Source of the DNA: Schmidtea polychroa
Lineage: Eukaryota
Direction: 5' to 3'
NCBI GenBank assembly: GCA_044892525.1
Contig: CM097885.1
Location: 40,860,001 to 40,924,000, forward strand
DNA: 64,000 nucleotides
Of this stretch, positions 55,109-64,000 are shown piece after piece. A program made the translations under genes and the position numbers. The number at the start of each line of letters is the position of its first letter. The first letter of the stretch is position 1. Under the pieces are notes generated by a model that was not told where the DNA came from, ran no database searches, and worked only from the letters and a program-made list of their open reading frames with translations.

Positions 55109-58100
55109 GAAATAATAATAATAATAATAATAATAAATTCCTAAATATGTTAAGAAATTGACCTAACCTATTCTTAAAATTCTTCAAAGTCGTATTTCAA
55201 AAACGTTAAATCTAAAGGCTTCTTATAAAAATAATATTTAAGCTAAGTATCAAAATAAAATACGATCAGTTTTTACTTTCTACTTCTCTTGTGAATTCTG
55301 AATCACAACTTAAGTGAAAGAATTTCTATCTCGAATTCCCTTATCTTCGGTTTTTCCTTTTCTCATCGGGAACAGTCTATTAATTTCTTCTGAAATTCTA
55401 GGAGTTAATCCTCTTAAAATGAGTTGTTTCTCCTTCTGATATACTATGGGTTCGTTCAGGTATAGTTAATTTTTCTTGTATTTTTAGTGGTTTCTGTCCG
55501 AAAATATTTTGTTGATTCTGTAGTTGATTACTTTTCTAATCTTCTCCGAAATATTGTTAAATGGGTTCAGTAGTTATTATTTCTGCATACTTAGTTATTT
55601 TCCTTTAAAAATGTTTTACTTCAGTTGACTTTTTATGGGTTTCTTGAGCATAATTTTAATTTTAAACTTATTTTAATTTCAATATTATTCTCACCTAATT
55701 TTAATTTAATTTAATTTAATTTAATTGTTTTTAATATTTTAATATTTAATTTTAATTTAATATAACTTAAATTTATTTTAATATTATCAAAATATTATGA
55801 AAATATTTTTATTTATCCAATATTAATTGAATAAATACAATATTAATATTTTTCTATATTTATTTCCTTAAAATGTATATAAGGAATAAAATAAAAAAAA
55901 TAATAATATTTTGTTTAAATATCTAACTTATTCTTATTATTATTAATCATGACTAAATTTACAATTGAAAGAAAAAAACTCGTTGTTGTTTTAATCGGAT
56001 TGCCAGCAAGAGGTAAATCATACGTTTCGAAAAAACTTTGTAAATATTTCAACTGGTTGAATATTTCTGCACAAATCTTCAATGTTGGTAACTACAGACG
56101 AGAACTTGAAGGAGAGTACACGGGAAATAATTTTTTCGATGGAAACAATGGCGATGCTCAAAAGATTCGTAAATTGTCTGCCGACTCAGCAATGAATGAC
56201 ATGATTGATTGGTTAGAAAACCATGACGGAAATATCGCGTTTTACGACGCAACTAACACGACCCGTGAAAGACGTCATTGGATTGAAATGTCCGTCAGTC
56301 AACATCAAATCGACATTTTGTATCTAGAAATTATATGTGATGATCAAGATACGATCAATGAAAATATTGAAAAAGTCAAATTATTCACAAGAGATTATTT
56401 ACATTGTTCAAAAGATGAAGCCATTCAAGATTTCAAGTCAAGAATTGAACATTATGCAACAGTTTATGAACCCGTCGATGGAGAATTCGATAAAAGCACC
56501 TCATTTATTCGAATTTTCAACAAAGGATCACGATTTGAAATCAATAAAATCGATTCCATTTTGAAACAAGAGATTTTCAATTTCATAAAATCGATTCGGT
56601 TGACAAATCGGTCAATATATTTGTTTACTGACATTTCCAATGAATTCCAGGACGTTTTGACTACACCGAGGGCCAACCATGTCAAATTGGATCTCAATGA
56701 TGCTAATGAGCTATCAATGTCTGGAACGATAGCGATTGAGAAAAATGAAGAACAAATAAAGGATTTCAAACGTTTGCAGATGAATGAGAGCTCGGATGAA
56801 ATGTTGATCCAGTTGATCCCGATTATATTAGAATCTGAAAAGCACGAATATATGTCAATATTTACTTCGGAAAGAATTTCTAAGGATTTATTAAAATATT
56901 TTCATAATGAAATCATTCATGAAGAAACTTTGAGTCGGTCGACTATCCTGATCAACTGCTGCAGCAACAAGCCAACATATAATATTCATATAGTCCGCTA
57001 ATTACTTTCATTAGAAAATAGTTTTATTTTATTTATTTTTTGACTGAATAAATTTATCTATTTAAATTATTCTCTTTATTTTACTTTATATTTTATTTTA
57101 TATTTGTTCAATTAGGTATATTATTAGGTATTTTTTTATTTTATGTATTTTATATACAGTGTCATGAAATGAAGCGGACGATCAACATTTTTATGAAAGA
57201 TTTCTGTGTTCGAAAAACAATCAAATGTTTTAAAAACGAACTTAAACGAACAGTTTTTCACGGTTTTTAATATATAGAAAAACTAAACAAACATACATTT
57301 CATATTTTTTGGTAATATTTTAATTAATTTATGAAAATTATTAATTATCTAAACATTCAATTGTATATGTTTATAATATAATAATAAAGTTAATTTGATA
57401 ATAATGGAGACTTACAATCACTACAGGCATAACCATCAAAATTACGTATTTTGATAACACTAAACACCTTTAAAATAAATAAAACTATATACTCAAAAAC
57501 TATATAAAATTATAGCAAATTAATAAATGAATTGCAAAAAAATTTCAACTATTATTTAATCAAATAGCACAAAAATTAATAAATAATGACACAGAATTGC
57601 AATAAAAAGAAATTAAATATTTTTAAAATTTTTATTGTTTTAGTTGATGATAACATAAAAGTCTTAGTTTTGTTTTAGTAAAATATTATGTCATTTTTAA
57701 GATGTTGTTCTAATCGATGATTACGTCATTAATTTTAAAATTTCATTTTTAGTACACCTTTTTGAATTTACTCATCATTTTAAATAACTTGAAATATTTG
57801 AAATATTTTTATCCAAACAACACATGCTAATAAATTTAAAAAAATTTTGTCTTTAAAAATATTTAACCAATTACGCAATAGTATATATTCTTTATATTAT
57901 CTTTGAAACAACTATGTTTAACCTATTATATAAGAAGTTAGGTATAGTTGCATCATTTGCATTTTTATGTTAATAATATTATTTTAGAAATAATAATAAT
58001 ATCTTAAAATATTTTTATTAAAGTGATAATTTTTATGAAATAATTTTAAATAAATTCAATTAATATATCTCCATCTTTTATATGCCACTTCACAGTATTT

Positions 58101-61100
58101 AGCTCCCATAATCCATTAATGAATAATTTTACCATTTATTTGCACCCATTTGAATTATTAATTTATCATCTAGTAATGAATAATATCCTCACTTTAATGA
58201 AGATTCTTACCACCTGAGAATAATATTGTTAATTTTATCAAAGTTTAAAGAATAAGAATTTTTATCAAAATTTGTGATAATTTGACTGATTCAAAGATAA
58301 ATTTGATGGAGTTAATTGGTTTTATTATATATACCCTTAGTTTATCCAACAAGATGTTACTGGGCACTGTTCATAAGGGTACTGGTCGTAAAGGTACTGG
58401 TGTGTTTTAATGATTTTATTTAATCAAATTTTGGTGTTTAAGGCATTCATTGCTTATTTTTTAGAGTTATTGTTAGTTGGATTTAGTAAATATTCAAGTG
58501 AATTTCTATCATTTTGGTGAATTTTTATCATTTTTCTGAATTTCATGTTGATTGAATGAATATTTAATAATTTAATGTTTTAATGGTGATTCTAATAAAT
58601 TTAATTGATAAATTTAATTAATTTCTTTATAATTAGCGGAATTTTATTGACTTGTTTTTAAATAAAAGTTAGTTTTAATGACAGTTAGCTTAATAATCAA
58701 GTGAAAGGATTAATTTAAAATTAATTGGTGAGAGATTGGTTAATGTGGGAATCTTTTGATTATTTAAATGGATGATGTTGGTAAGTGAAATTGCAATACA
58801 TTAGTCAGTTATGAATCAATAATAATCAGAAATTATATCGTTTTATTAGGTTGTGATGGATGCGCTAAATTAATTTTGATTTATGGTTTAGAACAAATGT
58901 TTTATTAATTTTCTATTAATTATCCAGAGTGTAATTAAGGTAATTGACCAATTTATTTGGTTTTCACAATGAAATATTTGAAATCTTTAGAGATAAGTGG
59001 GATTGACATCAACTTTAAATTATTTTTATCTTTTTCGGGTGATTTTAATTAGAAATTATATCGGTTGAATATCGGTAAAATATGAACATTTGAAGAAATA
59101 TATTTTATTGGATGGATAAGTTGAATTTTTCAATGCAACTACTCAGTTATATTGTACAGTAATATTTATTTTAAATTTCGAGTAGAACAAAAATTTAATT
59201 ATAACTGATTTTATCAATTGTTCAGAGTTAATGATTTTAGAAGATTTTAGTGAAATATGTGTGATTATAGGAATTATAGATATAGTTATAGTCATTTAAA
59301 GCGGTTTTAAGGAATCTTATTAGTCTGAGGGAATATCAATAAAATATTTATCGATAAAATACTAATCTTTAAAGACAGAGATATTTCAGGGAAATTTGAT
59401 TCTTTTTAGATGATTTTATTTGAGAATTCGCTTGGATATAACAAATGATAGAATATTGTCATTTAAATGAATTTACTGGTTTATTAGATGTTATCATTAG
59501 TGGGCTTATATCAGTGTCTTTTGGAATTTAATGATAATTATTTTAGTGCAGATTGCCTACTTTGATAATTGTAATGAATTTATTCTGATTATTTTGAATA
59601 TATTGAGCAATCAGTCAATCAATTCGAGTACATATATTACTTTTACAAAAATAATTAAAATTAATTTATTTCAATTAATTTATTCAATCTAAATAAATTA
59701 TCTACTAAATCTTATTTCAAAGTTCTTAGAAAATTATTATCTTAGTTGATTTATATTAACTTGAATGATCAGTATTTTTTTATTTACTGGATGATTAATG
59801 ACTAGAATTTAAAGTTCTTTCTTATCCATTGATTAAATTTTGATATTTATTTATTATGTTTTGAATAATTTAAATTTTTACAATAATTTATTCAATTTTT
59901 ACCAAGGTATTGATGCGTTGAGTTCAAATTATTTTTCATCCAATTTTTCAAGTGAAGAGGATTTTCTTTTAAAGATCTATTTGTTAGTACATAGTGGTTG
60001 ATATTTGTTAGAGTTTAATTGTAGATGATGCTAAGAAGATAGTGTATGTGATGAAGAATATTTTGTATTTAATTACTATTATTTTTATGTGTTGCTAGTG
60101 GGTTGTCGGTACTTGGTATCTAGTTGATAGCATTTTGTTGATAGTGCTTAGTGCTTGGTATCTGGTTGGTTCCTTGTTGTTGTTGGCTAGTGAGGATGCA
60201 TTGTTGGTACGAATCAACAATAACTATTTATTGAATATAAGTTTTACTTTGCAATAATAAGTCAGTAGTAATCAATTAAAAGAAGAATATTTTGTGAATT
60301 AGAATTAAAATTATATGGACTTTTATTGTAATTTAAAATATTTTCAATTCCATCTGGTGTTTTGAAGTGGTTGATAATTATTCAGTTTTTGATGAAAATC
60401 ATCATTTTTGTTAAATTTAGACACTTAGAAAAAGTTTTTCTACTGATTCTAATTAAAGATATTTTAAAAAAGCATTTGATAAAATACGATGAAGAATATT
60501 TAGTTGATTGTTAGTAAATGGTACCTAGTTGTAAGTATTTGGTACTTATTAGTATCTAGTTAAAAATATTTAGTAATTTGTAGTTAGTATCAGATTGTAA
60601 ATAGTACCAAAATAGTATCTAGTTGTTAGGTACCTAGTGGTTAACTGTTTGTTTGAAGTACATAGTTGTAAGTATCGAGTTGACATTTTATATTTTGACA
60701 AGCATATAAGAAATATTTTACTTGCTGGATTAAGAAGAGCTTATTACAAGCAAATACTTGATGAATAAATTTTATCTGTATGTATGTGTTGTTAATACAT
60801 AGTACTTGGTAGCTGGTTGTAGATAGCTGGTAATTTTTGGTATGTAATTGTTGGATTATTATTAATATAACTATTATTATTATTATTATCATTATTATTA
60901 TTATTTTTATTATTATCATTGAAATTTGCATTTAAATTTATTTTTAAAAATTATTCCATTAAAATTTGCATTAAAAAATTTCATTTCTCAAAGAAAGTTG
61001 GTGGTTATTCAATCTTTTGATAATAAATTTAAAAATCTTACTTTAATTTACTTATTACATTACTTTAATTTAATAATTTAAAAATTTGAACCTTAATTTA

Positions 61101-62844
61101 CTTTAATCTAACTTTTTATTTACTAATTTTTCCTTAATATAACTGCCTACTTATTATCATTGAAAATCCATCTAAATTATCTTTAAAAATTAACTTAAAA
61201 AATTATTACATTAAAATTTTACTTTAAATTTGTCTTTGAAAATTTTCATTTAAAATTATCATTGAAAATTAATTAATTAAAATTCCCATTAAAAATTACA
61301 TTTCTCAAAATAGTTGGTGGTTATTCAATATTTTTTGCTAATAAATTTAAAAATTATTACTTTAATTTACTTATTTAAAAATTAATTACTTTACTTTTTT
61401 AACTTTATTTTAATTTTCAGACCATTGCTTACTTAATAAAATATTTGGGCCTTAATTTACTTTAATTTAACCTTTGTTTACCAAATATTACTGTAATTTA
61501 CTTATTTATCCTTAATTTACCTATTTATTCTTGTATTACTTAATTTAACATTTTACAACATAATTTACTTAACAACCGAATATAACCATTATTTACATAT
61601 TCAACCAATAATTTCATGTAGTGAATGATTAATTGACAAAGATTTGCATCTAAAATTGACACTGAAAATTATATCATAAATATTTTCATTTAAATTTGAC
61701 TTAAAAAATTTTTCCATTTGAATTTTCATTAAAAAATTTCATTTACCAAAAGTTTGTGGTTATTCAACGTTTTTGTTAATAAATTTAAAAATCTTACTTT
61801 AATTTACTTATTACATTAATTTACTTTTATTTTTAAATTTTTATTTTAATTTACTTAATGTAAAAATATTACTTTAACTTTAAAATTTTAGATTACTTAA
61901 TTAAAAGATTTTAACCTTTATTTACTTTATTACCTTAATTTACCTATTTATTCTTGTATTACATAATTTATCATTTCACACCATAACTTGCTTAACAACC
62001 AAATATAACCCTTATTTACATATTTAATCAATAATTTCATGTGGTTATTGATTAATTCACAAAGATTTGCATCAAAAATTAACATTGAAAAATATCTTAA
62101 AAAATTATTTCATAAAAATTTCCATTAAAAAATGTCATTTCTCAAAGAAAGTTAGTGGTTATTCAATCGTTTGATAATTAATTTAAAAATTCTTACTTTA
62201 ATTTAATTATTTAACTATAATTTAAAATCTTAGACCATTGATTATTTAATTTAAAAATTTGAACCTTAATTTATTTATTTGAACCCTTTGATTACTTTAA
62301 TTTACAAATTTAGACCTTAATTTAATTTAATTTTAAATTTGAGTCCATATTTTACTACAATTCAATTTTTAGGCCCATAATTTACTTAAATTTAATTATA
62401 TGACACCTTTGATTAATTTAAAAATTCAAAAATTCAAAAATTTCGCCCATAATTTACTTAATTTAACCCCTATTTTACTTTAATTTAAAATTTTAGAACA
62501 TATTTTACCTATTTACCATGCTTTTATTTGAAGACTCAAATTTTGTATTGAAAATCCCAGGACCATCGATAACCCCTTACTATAGTCAGAGAAATCCTGA
62601 CTTTTTTTCTATAGGCCCCTTTATCTCTATTGAAAATAATATGAGTGTTCCATTGCCGCAATGGCCTTTTTTCTATAGGCACCTTTAATTTTATTGAAAA
62701 AAATATGAGTGACTTCCTGCAACAATTGCGTGATCAAAAAATTAAAAGAAAACGAGTTGCCGCTAATTTTTTCTAGTGGAGGGGAGGGGAGGAGGGTCAC
62801 TGCGGCAGGGACTACTAACTACGTACTTAAGTCATACATATTCA

Positions 62845-62901
<57 letters not shown>

Positions 62902-63564
62902 CAAATAACCATTTCTCATGAAGTATTCCATAATCAATATGGTTGTTCACTATAACCTGAAATCTATATAATATTTAAATAAAAACAATGTCATAATAAA
63001 ATTGAATGTTCCATCCTTAAATTTTGAAAACAGTATGAATTCCCGATATTTTAATAAGTGAATTAAATAATGTAAATTTGGTGAATGGTTCAATATAAAT
63101 TGAATTTTGTTTGAAAGTAGAATTTGAGAAGATGACAAATTTCATTCATTCCTTATTTCATATTCTGTTAGACCCATCAATGATACCTTTTTAAAAGAAG
63201 GTATTACTTTATTAAACGAAAAATAATTTTAATTAATAAATAATGGAGTCTTTGGATTATAAATAAAATTGAATATATAATTTTTATTATAACGAAATAT
63301 TGGTAAATAAGTAGATTTACTTGTCATGTTTTTATTGCGACACCCCAGTCTTTATTAATTAAAACTTGCACAGTTTGTAATGAAAATATCGATGATAAAT
63401 GATTTTTCTATAGCATTAATTACTATTTTGAAAGATGATGATGTTATTAATAGTAATAACTGTAATCATAGAAATAGACCGTGTCATTATAATACTTCCG
63501 ACTTAAAATATAATAGTTGTAATGATAAGCATAATAATGAAATTACCTCAATGATAAAAATAGT
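55109..63564 (+). repeat. Tandem unit 3 (uninterrupted, 8456 bp)
   Basis: Period 8456 bp, e.g. identical ORFs at 54494 and 62950. Confidence 0.95.
55949..57001 (+). CDS. PFKFB: 6-phosphofructo-2-kinase, copy 3
   Basis: Protein identical to copy 2 in the ORF track. Confidence 0.93.
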   Translation: MTKFTIERKKLVVVLIGLPARGKSYVSKKLCKYFNWLNISAQIFNVGNYRRELEGEYTGNNFFDGNNGDAQKIRKLSADSAMNDMIDWLENHDGNIAFYDATNTTRERRHWIEMSVSQHQIDILYLEIICDDQDTINENIEKVKLFTRDYLHCSKDEAIQDFKSRIEHYATVYEPVDGEFDKSTSFIRIFNKGSRFEINKIDSILKQEIFNFIKSIRLTNRSIYLFTDISNEFQDVLTTPRANHVKLDLNDANELSMSGTIAIEKNEEQIKDFKRLQMNESSDEMLIQLIPIILESEKHEYMSIFTSERISKDLLKYFHNEIIHEETLSRSTILINCCSNKPTYNIHIVR

Positions 63565-64000
63565 GAAATAATAATAATAATAATAATAATAAATTCCTAA
63601 ATATGTTAAGAAATTGACCTAACCTATTCTTAAAATTCTTCAAAGTCGTATTTCAAAAACGTTAAATCTAAAGGCTTCTTATAAAAATAATATTTAAGCT
63701 AAGTATCAAAATAAAATACGATCAGTTTTTACTTTCTACTTCTCTTGTGAATTCTGAATCACAACTTAAGTGAAAGAATTTCTATCTCGAATTCCCTTAT
63801 CTTCGGTTTTTCCTTTTCTCATCGGGAACAGTCTATTAATTTCTTCTGAAATTCTAGGAGTTAATCCTCTTAAAATGAGTTGTTTCTCCTTCTGATATAC
63901 TATGGGTTCGTTCAGGTATAGTTAATTTTTCTTGTATTTTTAGTGGTTTCTGTCCGAAAATATTTTGTTGATTCTGTAGTTGATTACTTTTCTAATCTTC
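63565..64000 (+). repeat. Start of tandem unit 4 (truncated by window end)
   Basis: Matches 55109-55544. Confidence 0.9.

Overview
Very AT-rich eukaryotic DNA (short GTAAG...TTAG introns, long AAT microsatellites) built almost entirely from nested duplications. The backbone is a head-to-tail array of a ~8.46-kb unit (starts ~714, ~9966, ~55109 and, partially, ~63565). Each complete unit carries one intact, intronless 350-aa 6-phosphofructo-2-kinase gene with a degenerate bisphosphatase domain. Unit 1 holds a 559-bp hAT-type MITE. Unit 2 holds a 7-copy tandem amplification of a 3.53-kb internal segment and a 15,847-bp insertion (10409-26255). The insertion has AGTAGT...ACTACT termini and a perfect 6-bp target-site duplication (CCGAAA), the signature of Polinton/Maverick elements, and sister units show the empty site. 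I see no Polinton genes in it. It is instead a near-complete fold-back: arms of ~8.0 and ~7.2 kb around a 671-bp spacer. Each arm carries tandem repeats, TCAAGGTCA/TGACTCA arrays, a decayed intron-containing DDX39/UAP56 pseudogene, a motif resembling the 5' Alu domain of SRP RNA clamped by a 14-bp inverted repeat, and a second ~170-nt structured GC-rich island. All alignments and folds were done by eye, and no database searches were run.
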